Assembly (NCBI GenBank): GCA_964270895.1
Contig: OZ185442.1
Source of the DNA: Podarcis filfolensis
Taxonomy: Eukaryota
Length of the DNA: 64,000 nt
Strand: one strand, 5' to 3'
Shown: positions 25,484 through 39,100 of the stretch, piece after piece
How the letters are laid out: each line of letters begins with the position of its first letter
Position numbering within the stretch: the first letter of the stretch is position 1
The notes under the pieces: generated by a model
The model's database searches: none
The model's input: only the letters and a program-made list of their open reading frames with translations
What the model was told of the DNA's origin: nothing
Position numbers and translations under genes: made by a program

Positions 25484-25754
25484 CTCTAACCATTGGGTGC
25501 AACCAAACTCAAACCTCTTGTGCTACAGGGAAGGGGAGAAAGGGGTGAGAAAGTCTGTTCTGAGAATGTCCGCCATAGACAGCCTTAGACGGCTGACTTT
25601 TCTGCCAAGGCTTGAGAGCGATCACCAGTTCTCAGGAGTTAGAGGTGCTCTAATGAAGGCATTGTTCCTTCTGGCCTTACTTCTTAACTCTCTCCCCACC
25701 CCCTTGGTGTCCTGCCTGGGTGAACAGGTCTTGCAGGTTTTTGGAGTACAACCG

Positions 25755-26163
25755 AAACCTGCAATGAGGAACGGCTAAGGGAGCTGGGCATGTTTAGCCT
25801 TTAGAAGAGGAGGTTAAGGGGTGTTATGATAGCCATGTTCAAATATATAAAAGGATGTCACATAGAGGAGGGAGAAAGGTTGTTTTCTGCTGCTCCAGAG
25901 AAGCGGACACAGAGCAATGGATCCAAACTACAAGAAAGAAGATTCCACCTAAACATTAGGAAGAACTTCCTGACAGTAAGAGCTGTTCGACAGTGGAATT
26001 TGCTGCCAAGGAGTGTGGTGGAGTCTCCTTCTTTGAAGGTCTTTAAGCAGAGGCTTGACAACCATATGTCAGGAGTGCTCTGATGGTGTTTCCTGCTTGG
26101 CAGGGGGTTGGACTCGATGGCCCTTGTGGTCTCTTCCAACTCTATGATTCTATGATTCTATGA
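25755..26163 (+). mobile_element. CR1 LINE, 5'-truncated 3' end
   Basis: Encodes MFKYIKGCHIEEGERLFSAAPEKRTQSNGSKLQERRFHLNIRKNFLTVRAVRQWN; ends in an (ATTCTATG)n tail. Confidence 0.95.
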
Positions 26164-26682
26164 CCAGAGACTACAGAGGTGTGCCAGGAAAGAGGAAGAA
26201 TTCATGTTCCATGAGCTGCAGAAACAGTCTTGTCTAAGCAAAGCTGCATGTTGTGCTAACCTTGTGCCTAAAAAGTCTGCTTAAAACCAGCCACTCTCTG
26301 TCAGCAAAAGCTCTGTGTGCCCCACAAATTCCAGATCATGACCAGGAGGAGAGCATGACTCTCTTCCCTGCCCCCCATTCTCAGTGCCATTTTCCTGCTG
26401 GAAATCACCTCTGAAGGTGTTATTTGCAGCAAACTGCTTTCAAATGACGTGGTTAAAGACAGGAGCTAGGAGGAATTGGCTGCTTGAATCCTGGCCCCGG
26501 GGGCGCCATCAGGCGGCATCTGGGGGTAGGCAGGGCTCAAGATGCCACCTCCAGTCCCCCACTTCCAGTGTTTATTTTCCGTATTTTTGCTTTTTTGCCC
26601 AGTCATGTGTTAATTTCCTTGAATTGGAAGCAGTTGGGGCCGCTCAAGGTGTCTGTATATGATAAGACAGCCTGAGCTATGA

Positions 26683-26738
<56 letters not shown>
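26683..26738. repeat. Compound (CT)n(GT)n microsatellite
   Basis: Direct reading. Confidence 0.95.
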
Positions 26739-26740
<2 letters not shown>

Positions 26741-27239
26741 GTGCCTTGAGGCTTTTCTACCCCCACCCCTGGGGCAAGGGGCACGATCCTTTGCAGATCC
26801 CAGTGCTGCCTTGCGGAGATGGGTGGGAAACTGCAAGGGTCAGGGTGGGTGGGTGTAGTCCTAAGTATTTCTTGATGGCCTGTGGTTGAAGTTTCGTCTT
26901 TCCTTCCTCACTCCAAAATGAAAGTTGGAGGCTTTTTAAAGGCTCCTGGGGGCACAAAGGCCACCTGAGAGCAGATGGAGCCTGGGGACTTCCTGCCAGA
27001 GCAAGCTGGTAAAATTCCTATTTTGAGCTTGCTTGGTGGTTTTAGCCAAGCCCCTTTCCCTCTCAGGCTCGGCTCCCCACACACTTTTGCTGCAGCCTGG
27101 GGTTACCAGCACTGGCCTACCTTGTAGGGCTGTTTTATAAGGATGGTTGGGAGAGCATGGGTGTAAGGCGCGCGCGCGTGTGTGTGTGTGTATAACTTTA
27201 TTTTAAAATTGCCTACAGAAACAATGCAAAGAATTGTAC

Positions 27240-27450
27240 TCATTAGCAGGTTTTGAGTAAACATTTACATGGAAAGGAAATAATCAGGATTTGATACTGT
27301 GTTAAAATAAACTAGAAAAGGAGGTTAAGGGAAGTCTGAGGGGAGGGAGGGGAGGGACTATTTGGGATTAGTGAATTATGATATATGTTATAATGTAATT
27401 TTGAGGCGGAAATGAAAAATGTAATAAAAATTATTACAAAAAAAAACCAC
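27240..27450 (+). mobile_element. Probable L1-like 3' end with polyA
   Basis: G-rich GGGGAGGGAGGGG stretch, then AATAAA and an A-rich tail. An opposite-strand L2-like tail follows at about 27460-27520. Confidence 0.4.
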
Positions 27451-28730
27451 ACAAAAAAGTTTATTTTAAAATTCTATCCCACTTTTCCTCTAAAAGGGAG
27501 CCACGGTGGACAAACAACCAAGAGTCAAATCAATGCAATAAATAAAAAAAATTTGAAATGTTTGAAAATGTTAAGAACATCTCAAAATATTGTTAAACAG
27601 CCACGTATCCTCGCAGGTAATAATTTCAAGGTTGCACGGAACAGGTATCATTCAGCCATCAAATGTGTGGATGAACACGAATAAAGTGGCAGACACTCAC
27701 CTCACCAGGGAGAGATTTCCACAAGCGGGGAGACACCACCAAGAATGCCCTGCTGTGTGTCAGTAGCAGCACCAACAAGACGTTTATAAAACTGTCCCCA
27801 TACCTACTTTTTGAACCAGGGTGGCTAGGGGGTCACACTCTGGCTCCTGGGCTCCTGTTCCACCAGAGCTTTATTGCTACTTTGGGCTGGGCAGACTGTG
27901 CTCCAGGCTTCCTGATCATCCTACTCAGCAGACCTGAAGGGCCATTTGCCTCCCACCAAGTCCTAGAAAGCTCCAGCCTCAAGGTTTGCTTTTGGCTAGT
28001 ATGAGCAATTTACCCATGCTTGGCAGGAATTCACTAGGTGCACAGCCTTCTTGGCTGTGGTGTCAGTTTTTGAAATCCCCTCGCCTGGCTTCACATGGCC
28101 AGAACTGCATTTGCTGGGCTGCATGAACAAGCTCCTTGTAATGTTTGGTGGCCTCTTTGTGCTTAAATCAGCCTTCTTCCCCAACCTGGTGCTCTCCAAC
28201 TGCCTTGAATTATATGGCCATACGATGCTGGGGCTAAAGGGAGCAGGTCCATGTAATCTGGGGCTAAGGAGAGCTGTAGTCCAAAGCTGCTGGAGGGCAC
28301 CAGCTTGGGGAAGCTAGCCTGGACCCAAACTAAGCAAAGACATGCTAGCATTTGCATGATCTAATTTGGTTTCTAATGGGCAAATAGGTTTTAAGACAGG
28401 AGAGCAACCCCCCAGAGAACAGAATACTGATCCTTCTTTGCGTTTTGATGATCGCAAATTCCTGATTGCTGACTTGTGACTTTCAAGGTTGCATTGAGGG
28501 GAATAGGGAATAGAGTGGGGAGACTCTAGTGTAACAAGTGGGGGGCAAAATGCCCCTTTAAAAGTTTCCATGAAATGAGCTGAGTTTCTGCTTCCGGTGA
28601 ATGTGCTTGATTAGGAGGGATGCAAGGTGAGGGGGATTTCCACATGAGCCGGGAGATGAATGGTGGAGGTTTCTGTTTGCATAAACACGCTTTCTGTTTG
28701 CATCCAAAAATCTCTCCCTCCCTCCCCCCT

Positions 28731-28775
28731 ACATACACACACGCACGCACGCACGCACGCGCACACACACACACA
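28731..28775. repeat. Compound (AC)n/(GCAC)n repeat
   Basis: Direct reading. Confidence 0.9.
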
Positions 28776-31700
28776 CGGAATCCATGCAGCGACACAGGCG
28801 GAAGCAATGGTGCTGCTGCAGCTGGATCTGTCTAGCAAAACCAAATGAGAATTCGTTCAGCTGTTCAAATTAGAACTTGGCCAGACACGCGCAGGGTTTT
28901 CATGCTCCACATCTTCCGCGCCAGTCGCTAAAACAGCAAGGAGAATCTCTCTGACAAACCGATTTATTTTATCGCAGCAGGAGGCCTTCAAGGACTACTG
29001 CCCAGGTTCTCAAATGTGAGCTTTTTGTCATGCCAAGTTGCCTTCCTTCTTATTTCAAGGGTCCTCCCATTGTCTCACCATGGCAAGGCCTCTTTTGAGA
29101 GAGGATTGCAGCCTAACAACCCTCAATTTCAGTGCCTCGCCCTCCGCTGGGGAAGTGTGGAGCCTGGCGCTTTAAGCCTGCCGGCCCACCCGTGAGGCCT
29201 GAATGATTGGGGCAGTTAACCTGCAAAGTTGTCACAATGCAGACTGTAGCCATTGTGCGCATGGTGTGTGCATTATTATCTACCATTGACTCAATTGCGC
29301 TGACTAACTCGGCAGTGTAATGCAAATCCAAATAATTGTAAGCCGCCCAGGGTGGCTGGGGAAACCCAGCCAGATGGGTGGGGTATAAATAATAAAATTA
29401 TTATTTATTTCTTATCTGCAGTTGGCCTAGCTACTTGCTCTTCCCTCACATTCCCACAGTGGATTCATTAACAGGATTTGCAAGACTCGAGCCTGTTTGG
29501 GATCCTTCTCCATACAATGTTTGCTTTGGAAGCAAGATCTGTACACTGAGAAGGCCGCCTCCTGCTTCTCTTCCTTACATGATTGCAATCTCTGAGGTCT
29601 ACCAAGAATGACCTCTTGAGTTTACCTTTTCTCAGCATGGCATGTAGAAAGATGATTGCAGGGGAAAAAACCCTGGTGGGGTTTTTTATTTCCTCGGATT
29701 TCTGCAAATTCCTGGAGGGTCAGGGTATCCATGGGTACTAGCCAGGGTGGCTACATTCTGCCGCTGCTGCCAGAGGTACTATGCCCTTGTATACCAGTAG
29801 CTGGGAATTGCGGGGGGGGGGGAGGGGGGCAGAGTGCTGTTCCCTTGGGTCCTCCTTATGGGAGTTGTAGTCCAAAACACCTGGAGGGGCACGTGTCGGC
29901 TGGAAAGGCTGGAGTGCATCAGAGCTGCTCTAGCCACTGTCTCAGAGCAGCTGCTGGACCAGAACAGCATGCATCCACAGGCCCCTCGGAGTGATTTTTG
30001 ACTCACTTGTGTGGTGTTTGTGTTTGTGTTGGAAGTGGGTGGCCTGCCTGCGTGGAAGATGTTACAAAAATACACTCGGAAAAGGCCCAGCATACCAGAA
30101 AAAGACGCAGTGTGGATGGTTCCCACAAGCCTAACATTTTCATATTTCCCATCTCTGCCAAGTAGCCTCTGGGTTTGGTGTTAGAATAACAGGCTTGTTT
30201 GTGAAGACACCGCAGCTTTTGTTCAACTGGCAAAAAGGGCCTTTTTCACTCCCTCATTCAAGGCTGCTTTCTCTCTCTCCCCCCACTCCTCTATTTTTCT
30301 TCTTCTTTCCTGTTTCCTAAGCTGCTGTGGGAAGGTTGGAGAGCGTTTGAAGGGGATTCCTTGAAAGCACCCGGACGCTTGAGAAGAGGGGAATTGAGGG
30401 GGCTCAGTGAAGCAGAAGGATTTATGGGTTCATAAGGTCCCATGCACACCCGAGGCTGCCCCCATACTTCCAATAAAAATCCAGTCCACATGCAGGGGCC
30501 ACATGCAGGGGCTATCCCACCTGTATCAGGGGAAAACAGCAAACGGCCTCCAGAGTCACTGTCCAGTTTGTCCAGGTCTTCAGATGGACACTGAGCCTGC
30601 AGTGAGACACTTCTGTGTTTCACAGAAGTGTACCGGCATATTCGCATAAACATGGGTTGTTGTAGAGCATGGCTGGGCTGCTGACCTTGTGGAGAGGGCT
30701 ACATTTCTTATGGGGTTTCAGCTGCAGGTGGGGCCGGATGCAAAGATGGGTGGCTTTTTCTTGCTTTCTGCCACCTGCATGAGATTAGGCTGGGGGATGG
30801 AGGCTACCAACCCCACCCTCCAGGAGGGTGTGCAGCTGGTGGCCATCTCATGTTTGCCCTCAGCATCTGGGTATTCACAGCTATACTGCCCCTGTCTGTG
30901 GAGGTTCCATTTTATCTGACATCACTAATAGGCAGGGCTTTTTTTCAACTGGAACTCAGTTCTTGCACCTCTTAGGTGGGCACCATTGCCATTATAAGAG
31001 AGCAAGGGAGGTGTTCATAGTGAGTTCCAGAACCTCTTTTTCTAGAAAAACAGCACTGCTAATAGGCAGTTATATCTCTCTCCCTCTCCGTATATCAATC
31101 ACAACCCCTTTTTGATGAAGCTACAGCTGGTCCCTTGGCCTAGTTGTTGTCAGTGAGGATGGTGACCTGGGGCGCTTTCTTGCAGGCGTGTGGCTGTATA
31201 TTAGGGTGGCTTTGCATTGCCTTAAAAGTCCATGGTTGCTTTTTAAGCAAGTTCAAGGGTGGGGAGAAGCTGCTGTATGCAAGCAGCACTGCAGCTGCTC
31301 AATTTGTCCTGCTTTTGGCAATGCTGTGTGCCCACACGGAGCCAAGGGACCCATTCTCCTGGGTCAGGCCCCCCTTTTCCAGCTTATCCTCCTTTTGCCC
31401 TGGTCTCCCAGGTGAGGCAGCATCTCTCCCCCCCCCCCCCCCCCGGTCCTCAGTTGGTTGTGCCTTCATGGGAGGCGCTCCTTCCTTTTCACATAAATCT
31501 AGAAGGGCCTCTGGCCTGCCATCATGTCTGGTGCCCTCCCCCTGGGGAACCCCCACATGCTGGCAGCTTCCAGGGCTCTGCTATAAACAGCGATTAGTTG
31601 CTTGGGGTTCGAGGCCTCTGAGAACTTCACAAAAGGTCTGGCCTCGCTGCCTTTTTTCTCAGGACTTAATTAATTCTCTGTCAGTCTGCACGTCTCTTTT

Positions 31701-32269
31701 CTTTTTGAATTCTCACCCCCCCCCCAATTTTCTTGTTTGCTTTTTCTGCTTCCAAAGTTCCTTTTCTGTGGCGGTGCTGCGGATGGGTGGGGGCGTCTTT
31801 CTGCATCCAAAACATCTCCACCCCCCCTCCTTGCATGCACACCTTTTGCGAGCCGCCCACGTCTGCTCCTTGCCGCCTGCTTCCGAAGTTTCCTCTTTCT
31901 CTGTTGGCCAACACAGAGGTCTTCATTCCTGTCTGCCTCCATGACTCCCTTGTTTCTCTGCTCTGTTACCAAAACTGCCCTCCTCTTCTCCATTCATTGT
32001 GTCTTAGTTTCCACTATCAACCTCCCCACCCCACTTTTTAAATGTTCAGGGTGATTTTCAAAAACTGTTTGTACAGTGCCGTCAATGTACTTTTTAGAGT
32101 AGCATGAGTTAAGAAAGGGGGGAAAGGGTATCTGCCTGCAAGGAGCTTGCAGTGCTGGGGGGGAAAGAGGGGACAGGAGAGCCTCTGGGGAGCAGGATTT
32201 TCTCTTGTCAGTCTTGAACCACCAATATCATTTGAGTGACTCACACATGAAAGATCGAGCAAAATGACA

Positions 32270-32476
32270 GGAAAGGAGAATCCTACTGAACATTAGGCAG
32301 ACGGTAAGAGCTGTTCAACAGTGGATGGACTTCCTCAGAAGGTGGTGGACTTTCCTCCACTGAAGGTTTTTAAACTGGTTGGATGCCCATCTTTCAGTGA
32401 TTCCTGCATTGCAGCGGGTTGGACTAGATGACCATTTGGGGGTCCCTTCCAATTCTGCAATTCTGTGATTCTATGA
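32270..32476 (+). mobile_element. Degenerate CR1 LINE 3' fragment
   Basis: GTAAGAGCTGTTCAACAGTGG...GGTTGGACTAGATGACC...ATTCTGTGATTCTATG. Confidence 0.85.
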
Positions 32477-33432
32477 ACCGGAGTTTTGGTCCATGTGAAT
32501 CAATCCTAGAGGCCCCATCTTCAGTGCAGAGGGGAGCTGGCTGCCAGCTGTGTTGCTGATGTGCAGGGCAGTTGCACAAAAGCAGTGAGTGCGCACGTGG
32601 GCACTTGTCAGGCATCTGCTGGAGCTTCACGGCTGGCACATTTTTGGAATGCCATTTCAGCAGCAGCTCCCCTCGGGCACTCTGGAAGCCGTGGAGGCAG
32701 AGGAGCTGTAGGGTGTGGGGATCTGCCTGGGCTGGCAGGAGCAGAGTAGTGATACATTCATGTTTACATCAGTGCTCCTTCTCTCTGCCCTTGTCTTACC
32801 ATGCTTCTGTAGAGAGAGGAGCTGCCAATGGAGGCTTCGTGCTGGAACTGAAGAGAAGCCTTCTTCCTTGAGGGCCTTGAAGAAAAACCCTTCATAAACA
32901 CAAAAGCAGAAATGTGCTCTGTTTGCAATGAAGCACAAGCGCCAAGCTTCTTCCTGGCATTTTTTTAAGGGGTGGGGATGTTGGCATTGCCACTGTGCAA
33001 ACTGCAGGATGCTGTGAAATTGGGGCAGGACAATGGATTTTTGTTGTTGGGGTCAGGACCGATGTGATTGGTCAGTTAAGTATTTCTATTGTTTTACCTG
33101 ATCTAGGAGGGGCAGATGCCACTCGCAGCCCACCCACCCCCGGCTAGGCCCATGAGCAGGACTCTCTACCCAACGTGGCTTTAGTAAAAGTTGCCTCAAT
33201 GTTGGTCCCAAAAAGAGAGAGAGAGCTACCTTCAGACTTCCTGTAGTAGGTAGGGCTCTCTGTTGGCAATTCTGAGGAAGAAAACCTGAAATGAAGAAGA
33301 ATGCATTTCCAAATGCTATTCCTGAAGTGTCTGGCTTGAACTGTGGACTTCATACATGCATGGGCTACCAGGCAAGCCTCCGTGGGGAAGAGAGCGATTT
33401 GTAATTAGTATGTTACTATTAAGTAAAGACAA

Positions 33433-33497
33433 ATTTAGAATTGTGGAGTTGGGACCACAAGGTTCATCTAGTCCAACCCCTTGCAATGCAGGAATCT
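33433..33497 (-). mobile_element. CR1 3' tail fragment
   Basis: Reverse complement of the CR1 end (TAGAATTGTGGAGTTGG...CATCTAGTCCAACCCC). Confidence 0.7.
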
Positions 33498-34200
33498 TTC
33501 ACTCAGCATGGGGTTTGGGGTTTGAACCCATGTCCCTAAAGTTAAGAGTCTCATGCTCTACTGATGTCTCACAGGCTTAGTCAGTTTGGCAGATACAATC
33601 ACAGGATAGCTCTGCCAGGCGGGATCCCAAGAGCCACTTCATCGCTAGACAGGTTTATAATCGCTAGACAAGTTTATAGTAAGGAAACCATGTGTGTCTC
33701 CCCCAAAGCGTGATATGCTGACAAAGTGGAAATTCAGTGGAAATACATTATTATTTATTTAGAGCATTTGTACCCTGCTCTTCATCCAAAAAGGCTCCCA
33801 AGGTGAATTACATACAATTTAAAAAAGACATTTCCCTATCAGAGGCTTGCCATAAAAATAAAAAAAATGACATGCAAAGAAAAAGGGACAGAGAGGGAAG
33901 AGGAAAATAAAAAAACTTGGGCACCACTTTCTACACAGCTGTTCCTATATTGACCAGTTGGCACAGTTCAGGGGCAAGAGGTGCCTGATGGAACTGGCCC
34001 TCCAGCAAAGCTGATGAAATGAGCCTTTTTGCTTCTTGTCTCCCCATTCTGCCCCCCCCCCCCACCAGTCTTATGGAATGACTGCCCCCAGGATGACAGT
34101 GAAGAGGAAGGAGGAAGAGGCTGGTGGGGCTGGCCTGTCACAGCAGAACTGGTGGAGTGAGCCCTGCTCCTGAGCTCTCTCTCACATACTACAGTGTATA

Positions 34201-34415
34201 CAATGGTACCTCGGGTTACAGACACTTCAGGTTACAGACTCTGCTAACCCAGAAATAGTACCTCAGGTTAAGAACTTTGCTTCAGGATGAGAACAGAAAT
34301 CGTGTGGCAGCAGCGGGAGGCCCCATTAGCTAAAGTGGTGCTTCAGGTTAAGAACAGTTTCAGGTTAAGAACGGACCTCCAGAACGAATTAAGTTCTTAA
34401 CCAGAGGTACCACTG
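34201..34415. mobile_element. Tigger-like MITE, same subfamily as 8968-9209, opposite orientation
   Basis: TA|CAATGGTACCTC ... GAGGTACCACTG|TA; the interior is the reverse complement of the 8968 copy. Confidence 0.92.
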
Positions 34416-35749
34416 TACTGTCTTACTGTGTGAAGAAACCCTCATAATAAATTGTCTTGTATGACGTGGCCCTAAAATGCTATCCCCCACACACACCCCC
34501 ACCAAGTTTACTAGTTACTTCATTCTTCAAGGGACAGGCCTCGGTTTCTTTCTCCCGCCTTTGCCCTGGCAAAGGTCCATTTCTCATTAATCCTTATGTA
34601 TAGTGTGGATGTGGAATTTCCTCTTGGAAGAAAGCAGCTCTGTTTCTGAGATCTTCGGCAAATCCTTCGAGCTCTTTGTGTTCTCTCCACCATCAGCTCC
34701 CCCCCCTCGACGCTTCAGTGATGTTGTCTTTGTGGTGTGGGAGTGGGGGGTGGACGTGTTGGTGCCACACAGCATTATTGGGATGTAGCAAAAGGTGTGT
34801 TGCTTCAGATTCCGCAAACTGGAACCGTATTGTCCTGTCAGATACCTGGCTTCAGATTGTGTATAATAGAGAGGGAAAGCTCTGATCCCTAATTGTGGTT
34901 CTCCCTTGCAGGCCTGATTCCTACTAGCTGATGAGTTTTCCTGCACTGTCAGGGTTGGAACCTCCAGTGAAAAAAGATGGGCGTAAACAAAGGCTGCATA
35001 ATGAAGTCGGTCAGGCCTTGGGGAGATTAAGAGGCTGCCGGCGCAAGCGGTGCCTCCAGCTTTGCCAATTTTTCCACTCTGAGCTTTTCAGTTTGGCCAG
35101 GCTGTGGTGAGCGTGAGAAAAAGGCTTCTGTGAGCATTGCCAAAAATCATGAGAGGAGCACAATCCACCATACTGCGCCTGGAAGTCCCTGCGGGCCTTT
35201 GACAGCCAGCCGTTGTCCTGGAGATCCAAGGACTATCTTTGACTGGCTTCCTTTGTATGCCTGGGGATCTGCAGCCAAGGGTTTAACCTGGAGCCTCTTT
35301 CTTTCCCCTCTCAGGAGAATGCTAAAAACTTCCTCAAGGTGCTGGTGTTGCCACAACTGCATTGGGCTGTTTACTTTTGGGGGGTGGGTTGGGAAGCAAA
35401 GAGGCCTCCTGTTTGTGCCTCAATCACAGCTGAGCCCTCTTATCTCTTCCTGCACCAGCAGAACCTGCCTTTCCTTTTCTTTTCAGCTGGACAAGGTGAA
35501 CCAGGGCACCTTCTCTGCCCGTCGACACCTGTTCATTCCCTACTCTCTCTTTTTTCATCATTCCAGTGCTCAGGCAAAGGGAGCTTAGATTTTTGGTGCT
35601 TCTGTGGCACACGCTTCACACAGATGTCTCTGAAAGGCATGTGGTATGAGAGATGTCCCAAGAGGCAGCAACCTAGATGGGGGCCCAAGGCCAGGGACTA
35701 CAACAAGGCCACAAGATCTCTTTCTTTTGCAGCCAAGTATGAGCTGCTG

Positions 35750-36101
35750 GGATGCGGGTGGCACCGTGGGTTAAACCACAGAGCCTAGGACTTGCCGATC
35801 GGAAGGTCGGCGGTTCGAATCCCCACCACGGGGTGAGCTCCCATTGCTCGGTCCCTGCTCCTGCCAACCTAGCAGTTCGAAAGCACGTCAAAGTGCAAGT
35901 AGATAAATAGGTACTGCTCCAGCAGGAAGGGAAACGGCGTTTCCGTGCGCTGCTCTGGTTCGCCAGAAGTGGCTTAGTGATGCTGGCCACATGACCTGGA
36001 AGCTGGACACCGGCTCCCTCGGCCAGTAAAGCGAGATGAGCACCGCAACCCCAGAGTCGGTCACGACTGGACCTAATGGTCAGGAGTCTTTTTACCTTTA
36101 C
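35750..36101 (+). mobile_element. Sauria SINE, full length
   Basis: A box TGGCACCGTGG, B box GGTTCGAATCC, TTTACCTTTAC tail. TSD TATGAGCT(G/T)CTG at 35738-35749 and 36102-36113. Confidence 0.93.
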
Positions 36102-39100
36102 TATGAGCTTCTGTGGATATATCTCTGCAACCTTTGCCCATTGATGGGGGCTGCTGGGAGTTGTGGTTCAAAACATCTGGAAGGCAAAGAGTTGCTGTAT
36201 CAGGCACTGTGCTGGTAATAGACAGGCAGCACACACTGCTAGGTCTTTGGCTCCTCAGCCTTGGCCTGCCTTAGACTTTGATCTCCATCTACATAATGGG
36301 AATAATAGTTACCAACTTTTACACAGTGGAGGGGAAGCACAATGAAGCTTGCACATGGGACGCCCCGTGTAAACAGAAGTGAGTAGTAAGCCAGGGCTGG
36401 GGGCCAGAAGGAAAGCTGGATGTGTGGTAGGTGTGTTGCAAGAGTTGTATGATCTCAAAAACAATGTCTTGAGGAATACGGAGCACTAAGCCTTGGGGGC
36501 AGGAAGGTGGAGATCCCAAAAGAAGTCTGCTTACCCTCATATCCCCCCCCCACTTTAGAGTAACACAGGGAAACCAGTTGAGAGCACGGCGGTGTCTGAT
36601 ACCCGCACCTAGTTATCTGCAGAGTAGAGAGTGCCCGAGGATTGAAGCAAGTAAGCCAGGCTGCACTATTATTGGTCTTTAACCCTCCAAGTTCACTGGC
36701 TAGATCACCTTGTGGAAAAATCCACCTCATTAACAGGCAGAGATAGTCACTCCTCTTTGAGCCAACTGTGCTTGTTTTGAAAAGGTCCCGAAGGTTTTAA
36801 GTTGTCATCTTACTTTGTGTTCCTCTGATCCCTGGAGGATTATGATGCAGATAAGGTTAATCTCCCCTATTGGATCAAAAGGATACAAAGAGGTACACAC
36901 ACGACTTCAGCCATAACATGCTAAAAAGGTAATTGCTGCTCAGCTGTAGGTCTGCCTCCTTTCTCCTCTGCCTTGATGATACTCAAGAGACTTTGTTCTT
37001 TTAGATCTACTTATTTTGAATTTGGGCAGGATGGTTACAGAAGTGCAATGGTGAAACATGCAGCACCTACTTTCATTGTATAGGCAAAGAACATTAAGAC
37101 TTTCTTAGAATTACTTGCTCTTTTGTAACTTTGCATTCTCAAGAATCACCATTCTAGGAATCTTTTAAAAATGCAAAATCAGATTTGTGTTGCGTTCCGT
37201 TTTCAGGAGAAGTCCCTCCCCACACTATCACACAACCAATGCCCACTGAACTTGGGGAACATCTTGGCTAGTTTTTTGGGAAGGGACTCCCAAATGCATA
37301 TCCCATAGGGGAGTCACAATGTCACTGTCTCCCCTCAAAAGACCTCCTATCCATCCAGCATATGGCTAATTGCGTTCCTAAGCACCATTGTAGATCCATG
37401 ATGAAAAGGAAGCCTCTCCTTTCAGTGTGCAATCAGAATTAATCTTTTGGTGTGAAGTGGCTGCTGAAAAGAGGAATTGACTTGAGCTTTTGAATCCTTG
37501 ATTCCAGTAAGTTCCCCACCAGGGTTCCTCAGAGTTCATATTTGTATGTGAAAAGCCTGTTGGACAGCTGACAGGGTACCGGCCTGTTCCAAGGATTGAT
37601 GTGTGTGTGTGTGTCTCAGGGAGAGAGAGAAAGAAGGAAGGAGAGAGTGTCCTTGTGTGGTGTCTTGAAAAATATTTTTTCTGCTTCTGTATGAGGGTTG
37701 GAAAGGCCTGCTGCCTCTCTGGCTGTTGGAATTGAGAGCCTGTTCGAAACCGATTCTCAGAAAATTCTTTGGGAGTTAAACATTTACCCCTGATGCCCTT
37801 AAGGAGGCTTAAAGTCTGGTGGTTACTCAGAGCTCTCCTGCTCTGCTAGCAAGGGACCCTCATCTCTCTTCTCACTTGTGGTATTCTAATATAAATTCCT
37901 TCTATATTTTGAACTGCTGCAAGCTGTATGGTGTCCTGCCATTGTGTACACCAGCCCTCTGTTTGGGACTACAACTCCCATCAGCCTCAGCCAGCACTGC
38001 CGCATGTTGCTAGGGCTGGTGGGAATTGGAGTAAAAAACACTTGGGGGGCACTTTGCAGAGCTTCCACGCTTTTGCCTGCCATGATGAGTATACTGTTGC
38101 CCTCCTGTTAGTATGACATGCCTGAGCCCCTCCCACTTGTGGTCAGGTACCCTCCTGACACCTGTGTGGTAATCCTTGCCTCCTGTCCCATTTCTGAGTC
38201 TGAGAGGAAAACTGGGGGATTGGCTGCTGCCTTGTCTACGGTTCTAGAGCCTCCAGCCTCACTTTCTAACTTTACCCTGGAGTTGGGGGTATCCCTGGCC
38301 TCAGGGACAAGTGGAAGGTTAGGATCCTGCTGATCACAGCCTGTTGCTTGGTTACCAAGGGCAGTTCCAAATTGTGGACTGCTTAGATATGGGAGCGGAT
38401 CCTTCCCCTGACCACAGCTGTTTGTTTAGATGGGACCCTTTTGGCCAGAAAGAGTAGAAGCCATGAGGGGAGACTTGCTGAAACTGGCATATACTGCTTA
38501 GAGCTGCCTTTCCCAGGCTTGGGGGCCCGGATGTTGGTGGACTACATTTCCCATCAACCCTGATCCTTGGCCATGACAGCTGGTTGCAGATGGGAGTTGT
38601 GGTTCAGCAACATCCAGGGAGCCGAGGTTGGGAATGGTTGGCTCAGGAAGCCTTTTGGCCAGTATCTGTAAACACCTGTGATTCACCTGCAGTGAAAGGC
38701 ATTTCAAAGGGGAGCCGCGAGATGTGACAGCCATGGAAGGAGGGGCGCCTGGGAAGCTGGGTGGAGTCCCCGACTGTCTCTAGAAATGTCATCTTTTCTT
38801 CATGACTTTTCTCAAGGCTGCCGCCTGGGAGCAGGGAGGGCATGCGTGGCTTGATCCATCTCCTGCTGCTTGCCTGTGCTTGCAGGAGGGTGTAGCCCAT
38901 GTGTGTTTGTGCTAAATGCCTTACTGCTGACTGCATAGGCGGGTATATACCCAGAGGCATGGCCAAAAGGTAGAAATCCAGGCGGGTCCTGAGGTTGGCA
39001 TCTGGGTCAGTTCAAGAGGATGATGATAATCCCCACGGCTCAGTGTAATTATTTTAATTAAATAATAATAATTTCGGGAAAGTAAATGACAACTGGAAAA

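Noticed and set aside
31144-31944. Longest ORF in the track (266 aa)
   Set aside because: Begins at TTG, is built from low-complexity C/T and homopolymer runs, and shows no domain similarity or splice context.
35760-35825. tRNA gene suggested by A/B boxes
   Set aside because: These are the tRNA-derived heads of Sauria SINEs; there is no complete cloverleaf.
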